Shown: positions 40,045 through 51,112 of the stretch, piece by piece
Numbering within the stretch: the stretch's first letter is position 1
How the letters are laid out: the number at the start of each line of letters is the position of its first letter
NCBI GenBank assembly: GCA_964016885.1
Contig: OZ024743.1
Coordinates: 46,004,001-46,068,000, forward strand
DNA length: 64,000 nt
Source: Eledone cirrhosa
Lineage: Eukaryota
Direction: 5' to 3'
The notes under the pieces: generated by a model
Database searches by the model: none
Seen by the model: only the letters and a program-made list of their open reading frames with translations
What the model was told of the DNA's origin: nothing
Translations under genes and position numbers: made by a program

Positions 40045-43000
40045 CCATTTCTTCATTAAGGACCTTATGTCGGGAAGAGGTTTCCTCGTGGATACAGGAG
40101 CCTCCTGTAGTAATTGGCCGGTCCATTGCCATCCGTTACTCTGCAGGCCGTGAATCACTTGTCTATAAAGACGTACGGACAAATCTCGCTTCCTCTAAAG
40201 TTCCTAAATCTTCGTAGTGATTTTAAGTGGATTTTTACGGTTGCCGATTTGCCATACCCTATCTTAGGAGCGGATTTCCTCTACAACTTCTCTTTGACTG
40301 TGGACGTCCGTGGCCAACACCTGGTGGATGACATCACCGGTTTTTCAATTCGTGGCCGGAAAGCCAATGCTCCAACAGTCAGCCCCATATTCTTCATCGC
40401 TGCCGCTGGAGACGCCTACCATTCGTTGTTAGGTTCCTTCCCGGAGCTTACCGATGGAAATTTTCGAGTCACTGAGCCAACACACTCAACTGAATATTTC
40501 ATTTCCACCACCGGTGTTCCAGTGTTTTCGCGTCCACGCCGCTTACCGGAGGACAAATTAAAGGCAGTACGGTCCGAGTTCGACCATATGCTGCAGCTGG
40601 GCATTATTCGCCCATCTACGAGTCCTTGGGCTTCACCGTTACACATGGTGCCAAGACTTCCGGCGACTGGAGACCCACTGGAGATTATAGGAGGTTAAAT
40701 GCTATGACCGTCCCGGATAGGTATCCCATCCCCCATCTCCAGGATTTCGCATCGTCATTGCAGGGGTGTAAGATTTTCTCAAAACTAGATTTAGTGCGAG
40801 CTTACCACCAAATTCCGGTCAGGAAGGAGGATATTCCGAAAACGGCGATTACAACTTTTTCGGATCCTTCGAATGTTTGACCATGCCTTTCGGACTCAGG
40901 AACGCCGCTAGCACTTTTCAGCGGTTCATAGACGAAGTCACTCGTGGTCTGGACTTTGTTTATACATACATAGATGATCTTCTCGTCGCTAGTTCCTCTC
41001 CGGAAGAGCATATGCGCCACATGCATCTCTTATTTCGGCGACTTCAGGATTACAGCGTTCGTGTGAATCCCGCAAAGTGTGTTTTCGGTTCCACTTCGCT
41101 AATTTTTTTAGGCCACCTCATCGACGCCGAAGGTATTAGGCCGTTCCCTCAGCGAGTTCAAGCCATACAGGATTTACCTCCACCTACTACACTTCACCAG
41201 TTGCGTCACTTCTTAGGCCTAATCAATTTATATAGGCGTTTCCTTCCTCATTGTGCTAATTTGCTATCTTCCCTTACTGACATTTTGAAAAACCGTCGTA
41301 AGAAGAATGAGGATATTTCCTTGACACAAGGACAGCTTAAAGACTTCCAGACTGCCAAGACAACACTCGCTAGTTCGTCTTTGCTAGCCCACCCGGTACC
41401 AGAGGCCAAGCTTTCGCTTTGTGTTGATGCATATGATACCGCTGTGGGAGCAGTTTTACAGCAGTACAACGCTGGAAACCAACAACCTTTGGCATTTTTC
41501 TCAAGGAAGCTGAAACCAGCAGAAACGCGTTACAGCACGTTTGGGCGGGAATTATTAGCCATATATCTGTCGGTGAAACATTTCTCTCATATTCTTGAGA
41601 GGAGAAATTTTACTGTTTTAACTGACCTCTGACTTTCGCTTTGAGGGCTAAAGCCAACAGATATTCGCCCAGAGAGACAAGGCACCTGGATTACGTTTCG
41701 CAATTTACACATGATATCCAGCACATTGCTGGCTCGCTTAACATAGCTGCAGACGCATTGTCACGTTTGCCAATCAGCTCGATCTCGTTATCCCAGGAGA
41801 TCGACTTAAGTCGTTTAGCTGCAGACCAACCTGCACTCCAATCGTTGGATACTCTTTCTGTCGAGTTTGTGACTTGCATCTTCAAATATCTGCCCTTGTC
41901 GACCACCGACAGGCAGATTCTATGTGATGTATCTACGGATTCACCACGACCTTATGTTCCTGAGACTCACCGTCGAATTGTGTTCCTTGCTTTGCACAAC
42001 ATTTCTCACCCAAGAATTTCTGCCACAGTAAAGCTTATAACGGCTAGATTTTTCTGGCCCAATATGAGGCGAGAAATTACTGTCTGGTGCCGTTCCTGCA
42101 CACAGTGTCAGAGATCTAAAGTCCACAGACACATCCGGACTCCACATGGTACTTTCAGTACTCCAGATGCTCGGTTTCAACACATCCACATTGATATCGT
42201 TGGACCTTGGCTATTCAACAGTGGATATTCTTACCTTTTGACCTGCATTGATCGTTTTTCGCGATGGCCTGAAGCCATCCACTTGACGGACATTACCGCT
42301 GAGACTATAGCGCGTGCACTGGTGTCAGGGTGGATTTCCCGCTTTGGCGTGCCAACAACAGTTACCACAGACCGTGGTAGACAATTTGAGTCCCATCTCT
42401 TCTCTGAGCTGACAAAGATCATTGGTGCTCAACGTATTCGGACCACAACTTATCATCCTGCTTCGAACGGAATGGTGGAACGATTCCACCGCCAATTAAA
42501 GGCCGCTCTTCGCGCCTATCCAGACTCTCAACGTTGGAGCGAGTACCTTCCTATTGTGTTGTTAGGAATTCGGTCATCAATAAAGGAGGACCTTGGGTTC
42601 TCCCCGGCCGAATTACTGTATGGTGCTCCTCTAGCGTTTCCTGGGCAAATGCTTGCCCCTGTTGATCTTGCTTTTCAGAACCCTCTTTCCTACGTATCTC
42701 GTTTGCGCTCCTATTTTCAGGACTCACCGCCCATGAATACTAGGAAACAAACTATTAAAGCTGCAGTCCCGAGGGATATTGCCTCGTGGATACATGTATT
42801 CGTCAGAAACGATACGGTTACTCCACCCCGCACACAACCGTACTCTGGACCCTACCGTGTGTTAGCACGTACTGACAAACATTTCACAGTAGACATTAAG
42901 GGGTCCAGAGAGAAAATTTCGGTGGATAGACTAAAAAGGGCATACAATGACGCTCATACACCCGAGCCACATATACCCCAATATTTCTCTCTTGTGCATA

Positions 43001-43104
43001 CACCTGCTCCTTCTGCCCCACCTTCACCTACATACAAGACCACGACCTGTTCCGGTCGAAGAGTCCACTGGCCCAAAAAACTCTGCCAAACTGTTTTCAT
43101 GTGA
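40045..43104 (+). pseudogene. pol (protease, RT, RNase H, integrase), frameshifted
   Basis: FLVDTGA protease; [25 protein letters not shown]; RNase H YSTFGRELLA; integrase HHCC, HIDIVG, TDRG, NGMVER, GPY. Confidence 0.95.
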
Positions 43105-43264
43105 ACTGGCCACTGGAGCCTCTTTTTTTGTTTTTTCTCTTTATTGTATTACTATGTATACATGTACCTTTTCGTTAATATTTCATGCCTGTGCTGGGAG
43201 CCCATGTTTGTGGGTTCGCTACAGTTACCTTCAGGCTTTTCGCCTATCGTCTGGAGGAGGGTAC

Positions 43265-43618
43265 TGTAGCGGAGTTGCGTCCCTTTGTGACAGTCGCGAC
43301 TCCCAGTGGCAGATCTATGTACTAAATGGAGTTGCGTCCCCCTGGGGACTATATATTTGAGAACATCAAGGCATTAACTCTCTCACTTCCTACGCCGCAG
43401 CAAGATGAACCACTTCAGACCTGAGATGACTCCTGTCTTCTCTCTTTCTTTCTCTACATGCTCCAGTCTGGGAGTTGTGACCAACTGACCATCAACATGT
43501 GGTAAAAATTAGTTCTATTAATTTATTTGACTTCTGTGAAGTAAAACCATGTCACAACACCCACCTGCATTTATTGTCATTCTTAATAATATATATACAC
43601 TGATATCAACATTCTAAA
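43265..43618 (+). repeat. 3' LTR
   Basis: Direct repeat of 38470-38823, preceded by the PPT. Confidence 0.93.
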
Positions 43619-43792
43619 GATATCGTCTTTTTTTAATGTATCATGGATTACGTTACTGATTACATAAAAGAGTGTAACGCAGATTCTCTTCAATTTCTGT
43701 GGACATTGTCAATTACGATTTTATTTGATGTAATATATCTATATGCATATATATACTCGATATTATAATATCAATATACACACTACACATGA

Positions 43793-43829
43793 TAGCAGAA
43801 AACCACCCTTCTGGTGGTTTTCTGCTAGT
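43793..43829 (+). other. Helitron-type 3' terminus (hairpin plus CTAG) of the same family as 37502
   Basis: TAGCAGAAAACCACC-CTTCT-GGTGGTTTTCTGCTAG followed by T. Confidence 0.6.
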
Positions 43830-44211
43830 ACCTCTAATATATCAAGACACCATCCTCATTATTTCTTGTGGATCATCATCATATTCTTGCAATACAGCAC
43901 ATTCCACTAATTCTTCTTCCTCTGCTGACAACACATTTACACCTTGTCCTATATCTTCACTGCCACAATTCATTTCTCTATCTTCAATACCTTCTCTGCT
44001 CGTACAATACTATCATTGTTTTTCTTTTCTACTTTCCTTTTTATTTCTTCAATTTCCATGTCCGTTAACCATCCATCGGTTCTTATTCCTCTTGCTTGAA
44101 TGTGTAACCGTTGTTCACTTATTTCAAAGAGTTCTATTGCATCTCATTTTGATTTCATGCGCCTTCGGAATCCCCTATTACTATTATTATCATCATTATT
44201 TGGATGAAAGT

Positions 44212-44429
44212 TAGGGCGGTGGATTGGCAGTATCGGTAGAGGGTCGGACGCCATGCTTTGCAGCATAGAGTTACGGCACTTTATGATCTGAGTTCAAATC
44301 CCGCCGAAGTTAACTTTGCCTTTCATCCTTACGGGGTCGATAAAATAAAGTACCAGTCATGCACTGGGGTCGATTTAATCGACATTTCCCTCCCCTAAAA
44401 TTGCTGGCCTTGTGCCTATATAAGAAACG
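44212..44429 (+). mobile_element. Full-length tRNA-type SINE with 17-bp TSD
   Basis: A-box TGGCAGTATCGG, B-box GAGTTCAAATCCC, central GCCTTTCATCCTTACGGGGTCGATAAAATAAAGTACCAG; TSD ATTATTTGGATGAAAGT at 44195-44211 and 44430-44446. Confidence 0.9.
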
Positions 44430-44466
44430 ATTATTTGGATGAAAGTCAAAGCTATCTTCAGTGGAA

Positions 44467-44617
44467 TTCTGAGTTCAAATCCCGCCGAGGTTAGCTTTGC
44501 CTTTCATCCTTACGAGGTCGATAAAATAAAGGTCCAGTAATACAATGGGGTCGACTTAATCGACTTTCCTCTCTCTCCTCAAATTGCTGGGCTTGTGCCT
44601 ATAGTAGAAACCATTAT
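44467..44617 (+). mobile_element. 5'-truncated SINE copy
   Basis: Matches the 44212 copy from the B-box to the tail. Confidence 0.85.
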
Positions 44618-44779
44618 TTTTATTGCATGTCGTCACTTCATTATAGAGCACAACTCTGTGTACCTTGGATACATGCAATGTTGTTTTAAGTGTTGTTATT
44701 TCTATTGTATTGAGAGAACACTTCGTAATATGTGTGCGGCACGAAGTTGTGCTATTTACTGTATGCTGTATATAGTTAT

Positions 44780-45400
44780 AAGTCCTAGGATTTTCATTAT
44801 ATATGTTTCTGTGTTTTTATAAATCCCAAAGCATCTATTATAGGGATTGTTTCTATTTTCATCATCCACATTCGGGTTATTTCTATCTCCAGATCCTTAC
44901 ATTTGGATAATTTCTCAATTTCTTTGGTAGATATATTGTCGTCTGCAGTTACTTACTTCTGCCTCCTTCTATATTTTTGGTGATTTCTGGTAGGAAAGCT
45001 TTGATATTGTGCTGCAATTAGAAATCCTTCAGTCTCGGCTTTTTGTCCAGAAGTTTTTAAATAGTTTTGTGAATTGTCCTTGCCCACTTTCTCTTTATTC
45101 AGCTATTTCGGGCATTGGCCATGCTGGAGCCTTTCTTGCCAAGCTTTAGCATTGAATTCTGGGGGTCTGTTTTCAGTTTAAATTTTATCTATTCCGCAGT
45201 TTCTTTCACTGTTTCATCCTTTATTTTGAATTTGTTGGCTTCCTTGAAAACATTTCTTGTTCTGTTCATGTTTTGTAGCTATTTGTATTACAATTCCATT
45301 ATCCTTCATGAGATATTTGTGTAGCTTACAGCAGTTATTTTATAAGTTTTCTTGTTGCTTAAGAACCATTCCTACTTGTGTCCGTGGTAGGTATATTCTG
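44780..45400 (-). pseudogene. Decayed R4-clade fragment
   Basis: Minus strand near 44830-44930 translates EKLSKCKDLEIEITRMW..IPIIDALG, similar to the RLE tail at 51255-51773; boundaries uncertain. Confidence 0.5.
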
Positions 45401-45451
45401 ATATTTTGTGGTGTATTCTAAATGTAGTTATATTTTTGGTATTATATTTCA

Positions 45452-45648
45452 GTGGATTGGCAGTATCGGTAGAGCGTCGGACAACATGCCTTGCAGCATA
45501 GAGTTACGGCCCTTTATGTTCTGATTTCAAATCCTGTCGAGGTTAGCTTTGCCTTTCATCCTTACGGGGTCGATAAAATAAAGTACCAGTAACGTACTGG
45601 GGTGTATTTAATCCCCCCAATTACTGGCCTTGTACCTATACTAGAAAC

Positions 45649-45650
<2 letters not shown>
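45452..45650 (+). mobile_element. SINE copy whose (ATT)n tail hosts Tx1 copy B
   Basis: Same family as 44212; (ATT)n tail 45650-45706. Confidence 0.87.
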
Positions 45651-45706
<56 letters not shown>

Positions 45707-48429
45707 GGCGACCTACGTAGGAAATCGTATTATCGTGAGCACCGCAAAGGTTTGTTGTTTTCAGTTGTTTCAAATTGCCATTTATGGAAAAGTTTTGTTG
45801 TTAAGTGTTTATAAGGTCACAAAATTTGCTTTCGGAAAAGGGCACTCAAAAAGATTGGGGCTTTGAGCCCAAAATTTAAACGTTTATAATCATCAAACAA
45901 AAAATTTCTTTGAAAAAATCATGGACGACTCACAGCTACACCAGGCTGATAGCCTTCCTCACAAACTAACACCTCACACCAACACCACCATTGTAAATAT
46001 TACTACGTTTGCCAACACTAAAAATATAAGCAGTAGCAATAATTTAAATTTGTCTCATGCAGACATTCATTTCCCGCCATTACCAAAAACTGCAGGTGTT
46101 AAAGCCGCCACCGCCCCACCACCACAGCGACAACAGAAACAAAAGAAAAAATAAATTATTATCTCGTGACATCGAAATGGATTCACCCAGAATCGACTCT
46201 TCCACACCGAACACAACTGACGCCATCACCACCACAACTGAAACTAAAAATAACAATAACAACAACAGCAACAACAATAAATGAGAATAACAACAAAAAC
46301 ATCAACACCACCGCAAATGTGTCGTTTGCCAAAGCAGCCAAGAAATGCGAAACAATCGAGGTAACTCAGGAGGAATTAAATGAAGCCAAGAGAATGGTAA
46401 AGAAAGATGGGTATAGGGTCAGCCTCACCCCTACCCCCCACCCCCCACCCTCCCCCATCCCACACACACACCTAATAAAATGGAGCATCGGCGCGTGTGC
46501 ACCGTGTCTTATCGGACGATTAACACAAAATCGCGCCGAGTGGAACGGGCATCCGAGTCCCAAATCCAAAAAGCTTTGGGACTTGTGTGGGCGGAAAAAA
46601 CCCACATCAGAAATATGGAACCGTGGACGTTTTCTTTGGAACACCACAGGAGGCCAGAGAGCACTCCATGGCCCCATTAAGAAGCGACGACTTCACACCG
46701 TCCAAAGATACTGTGGCCAGAGACTCGTGAAGATTAGGGTGACCCACGTTCCACCGGCCATCGAAATTCCCTGGCTAATGGCTGCCGTCCTCGCCGGCAT
46801 CGAGGCCAACACCAAAATAATTAAAATATCAAAAGAAAAGCAGGAGAACTGGTCCGGATCTGGGATGAAGCTCCTGATCCAAGCGGACCAAAAAAGCATT
46901 GAGGAAATCCCAGAGGTAATAGAGCTCACTGACGGCAGCCACCTCACCGTATTCGTCGAGGGTAGAAGGCCTAGGTGTGTCGTTTGTGGTGAAGGAACCC
47001 ACCTAAAGGCTTTCTGCCCTCAGGCTAAAAAGTTGAGGCCACCTCTCTTACCCACCCCAGTGACTCAACCATCAACACCATCAGCAGTAGAAATGGCAGC
47101 AACAACTGTAGCAGCAACAACAGAATCAACTGTAGCAACAGTAAAACCAACACCACCACCCCCCCAACGCGCCAGAACTAGCACCAGCGTACTACCTTGT
47201 CCTAAGCCTCGCCTAACTGCGCTGGAACGTTTGCTCTTTCGCTTTTAGTGGAAGGGACGCGCTCCGATGGTCAGGCGGTCCATCTGCTATCAACACCTGC
47301 TACGTGGAGGGCTGGGAATGCCGTGGCTGATGATGCGCAGACACGCGCTCAGGCTACGACATCTCCACCTCTTCCTCGACAGTGATCAGGTGTGGTCGCC
47401 GTTTGCTAGACGCGTCTTTCCCCAGCTCGTCTCCTTGACGGAGCTGCAGTCCTGGGTCAAGCAAAGACCGAGAGGGAGCGCTTGGAGACTGGAATGTCTT
47501 CAGGCGCTCACAGCCCTCGACCAATCGGGCAATGTGATCGATGGAAACTCCACCTCGGCGTTCTATAGAGGATTAGTGGAGGCGAAGACGACGTACTTGG
47601 GGAAACTCTAGGCGTCGACGAAAATCAACTAGCCAATCTCTTCGGAAGAACTTTCGGGTCGGGGCCTATGGACAACTTCCAGAAATCCCTGGCCTAGCAG
47701 TGCTACTGAGGAGCTTTGTCAGTTCGGGATAAACTCTACAGGCATGGAGGTGCCGTCACCCGGGCATGTCCGAGATGCGCGCAGGGCGTCGAAACAGTCC
47801 TGCACGCACTCGTCCAGTGTCCGAGCATTGCTGACTTGTAGGTTTATGTTGAACGCGTGCTGTCGCGTGTAGGACGGATCCAGCTATCAGCTGAGTCCAT
47901 CGTGAGGATTGCCTCGCCCTCTTCCTTTAGCCGGGAAGGGCAGGCAGTTTATATCTGTCTGGTGGCCATTGCGAAAGAGATAGTATGGTGGACACGTTTG
48001 AAAGGGTTGAAGACGAGCACTTACCTCTTCGGTGATGCCCTGATTAACTTTTTCAAATTTCATTTGAAAAGGAAAATCAGGGTAGAGAGGGAAGTGCTCT
48101 CTTCCCAGCATTTTGTGAAAGATGGGTGAGAGAGGCAAGAATGGCCCGAGTGAATCGGCCTACTCTGAATATGTGTCTGTAAATTAAATGTGGAAAACTG
48201 GGAGAGGGCACTTGCTCTGGTGGTCAGGGTCACTGTGGCTTTTTAATGGGCTTTCTCCACGAATGTCCGTCGGACGTTTCCCCGTATTGGGGAATTTTTT
48301 TTGTTATTTTATTACATCCTCTGCTTTTGTTTTTTTACACGCAGAAATGCCCATTTGTACTGTCCTGTATTGTCCTGTACTGTCCTTAAAGTCTACTTTA
48401 TATAAACCCTTGTGGTTAATAAAGAAAGC
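45707..48429 (+). mobile_element. Tx1-like LINE copy B with ~3.1-kb internal deletion
   Basis: Same 5' end as copy C (GGCGACCTACGTAG); ORF1 is joined near 47190 to the post-RT part of ORF2; (ATT)n on both sides. Confidence 0.92.
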
Positions 48430-48516
48430 ATTATTATTATTATTATTATTATTGTTCTTTGAGTCTCAGTTCTTTGAGTTTCAGTCATTATTATCATTAT
48501 TATTATTGTTGTTATT

Positions 48517-50783
48517 CCTTGAATCTCAGTCATTGATGTTGGTTAACTGGAAAGTCCGTTGGATTGAATATCAAGCCACTACCTGCAGCCTCAGATATTC
48601 AGGACGTATCGGAGGGTTCTTGCTGTTCCAAGCAAGCATGCCTTTTGAAGCGTTCCAAAAAGCGTGAACGGGCCGATTTTCTTTAACCATCCCTGGAAAC
48701 TTTTGGAGATAGTCCCCAGTGCGCCTATGACAATCGGGATCACTTTGACTTCATGGCAGTTCCAGATCCTTTTCACCTCCCACTTTAGGTCCTGGTATCG
48801 GTTAATTTTCTCCCTCTCCTTCTCTTGCACTCTCGTGTCGAACGGGCAGGCCACATCCACAATCAGACACGATCTTTTTTCTTTGTCCACAACCACCAGG
48901 TCAGGTCTATTGTGTTCCAGTTTTTTGTCCGTCTGTATCCTAAAATCCCACAGCACCTTCACCTGATTGTTCTCCATCACCGCCTCTGGCCTATGCTCAT
49001 ACCATTTCTCAGAATGTGGTAAATTGTTTACTTTGCACAGGTGCCAGTGGATCACCCTGCCCATCACATCGTGTCTCCAGCCCTTATAGTGGGTCTGGGC
49101 TAGGTGTTTACACTCGGACACAATGTGAGCCACAGTCTCCTCTCTCTCTCCACAGATCCTGCACAGTGGGCTAGCCTCCTCCTTGTAGATATGGTGCTTC
49201 AACCACTTCGTTTTGAGGGCCTGCTCCTGCGCAGCCATTAGCATTCCTTCTGTAGCCTTTTTGAGGTCTCCTCTTCTCAACCAGTTCCATGTCTGTGGAT
49301 CTCTAAATTCAGTTTTCTCAAAGAAGGTACTATGAAGGGATTTTCCCTTAAGGCTGCTCTTCCTCCTTGATGTTATTTCCTCCTTGGACATCCCCTGGCC
49401 TACTGTCCCCTCCTTCAGTACAGCTCTGAGCATTGGCTCCTTACTATAGGTCACGTATTTGTATAGGTTGTTTTTCTCCATCTGAACACAGTCCTCTATG
49501 CTGATAAGACCTCTTCCACCCTCAGATCTCCTTAGGTAGAGTCTATCGACATCACTCCTCTTGTGGAACATGTTGTAGATAGTCAATAGCTTCCTAGTCT
49601 TCCTATCCATTTCTTTTTGTTCAGCAACATTCCATCTCAGAATTCCCGCACTGTACCTAATAATAGACACAGCTCGGGAATTTACTGCGCTTATGGCATT
49701 TCTGCTGTTCAGATGTGACTTCAATACGCTCCTTACTCTCCGAATGTATTCAGTTCTTAACAATTCCTTCATTTTTTTGTTCTTTATGCCATCAGCCTCC
49801 AGAACGCCCAAATACTTGTATCCTTCCTCAGAGTCAATTTCCTTTATCATCTCACCTGTTGGTATCTGGATCCCGTTACTTCTGCTCAACCTACCCCTCC
49901 TCATCACAATGACTCCACATTTACCAATACCAAACTGCATACATATATCACTGCTGAAAATACGGACAGTGTCAACAAGCACATCCAACTCCTTCTCACT
50001 TTTCCCGAAGAGCTTAAGATCGTCCATGAAGAGGAGGTGATTGATGGTAAGCTCTCCCCTTCCCAACTTGTATCCTGCTCTCACTTTTCGCAGCATAATG
50101 GTCAAGGGCATCAGGGCAAGGACAAACAACAGAGGGGACAGGCTATCTCCCTGGAAGATACCTCTCTTGATCTTCACGCTTCCCAAGGATACTCCAGTTG
50201 ATGTCAACTCTGTCTCCCAGGACCCCATACTCCTGCCCAGCAACTGTCTGATGTTATCTGCCACCCTGAAGATCTCCAGGCTTTTGGTGATCCAGGAATG
50301 AGGCACCATGTCAAATGCCTTTCTGTAGTCTGGCGATACGAGAACAGAGTCAGTCAGTATAAACAGAACCGCATGTTCGACAACAACCAGAAGATGCTGT
50401 TTGGACAGCTTGAGGGGAAAGAAAGAGGCAACGACTTGATCCCTGGGGCGGAACAAGCTAAAACATTCTGGAGAGGAATATGGGAGCAGGATGTTAGACT
50501 TAATGCCCAGGCAGGGTGGATTGAGACAGTACAGAGGGAGATCGGTGAGCAGGCACAGCAACAGACTGATTTGAGTATCACAGTTGAAACTCTTAAGGGG
50601 CAAGCCAAAAAACTAACCAACTGGAAATCACCAGGCCCAGATGGTGTGCAGGGGTATTGGATTAAACATTTAACATCCCTCCACCCGAAGCTGATGGCCA
50701 TGTTCAATGACTGCTTGGTGTCGGGTGAGGTGCCAGAGTGGTTGACAAAAGGTACCACAGTTCTGATAATGAAAGACCGAATC
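48517..50783 (-). mobile_element. Dong/R4-clade element with 5' inversion
   Basis: Minus-strand open frame 48591-50330 (DYRKAFD, GIFQGD, FMDD, CRICG..H..C, RPD..D); upstream coding segment flipped to the plus strand at 50332-50783. Confidence 0.92.
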
Positions 50784-50813
50784 ATTATTATTATTATTAT
50801 TGTTATTGTTATT

Positions 50814-51047
50814 CCTTGAATCTCAGTCATTGATGTTGGTTAACTGGAAAGTCCGTTGGATTGAATATCAAGCCACTACCTGCAGCCTCAGATATTCAGG
50901 ACGTATCGGAGGGTTCTTGCCGTTCCAAGCAAGCATGCCTTTTGAAGCGTTCCAAAAAGCGTGAAGGGGCCGATTTTCTTTAACCATCCCTGGAAACCTT
51001 TGGAGATAGTCCCCAGTGCGCCTATGACAATCGGGATCACTTTGACT

Positions 51048-51049
<2 letters not shown>
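50814..51049 (-). mobile_element. Dong/R4 3'-end fragment
   Basis: Last ~235 bp of the same family, between (TAA)n tracts. Confidence 0.9.

Positions 51050-51110
<61 letters not shown>

Positions 51111-51112
<2 letters not shown>

Larger units (their letters stand above)
38470..43618 (+). mobile_element. Ty3/Gypsy LTR retrotransposon, decayed
   Basis: 354-bp LTRs; TSD GATA (38466-38469 and 43619-43622); PBS-like TTGGGGAC; PPT GGAGGAGGG; domain order gag-PR-RT-RH-IN. Confidence 0.95.

Noticed and set aside
44212-44305. tRNA gene
   Set aside because: A and B boxes are present, but there is no cloverleaf; it is a SINE head.
50331-50603. N-terminal extension of the 670-aa Dong ORF
   Set aside because: It reads the antisense of the inverted segment and is not real protein sequence.
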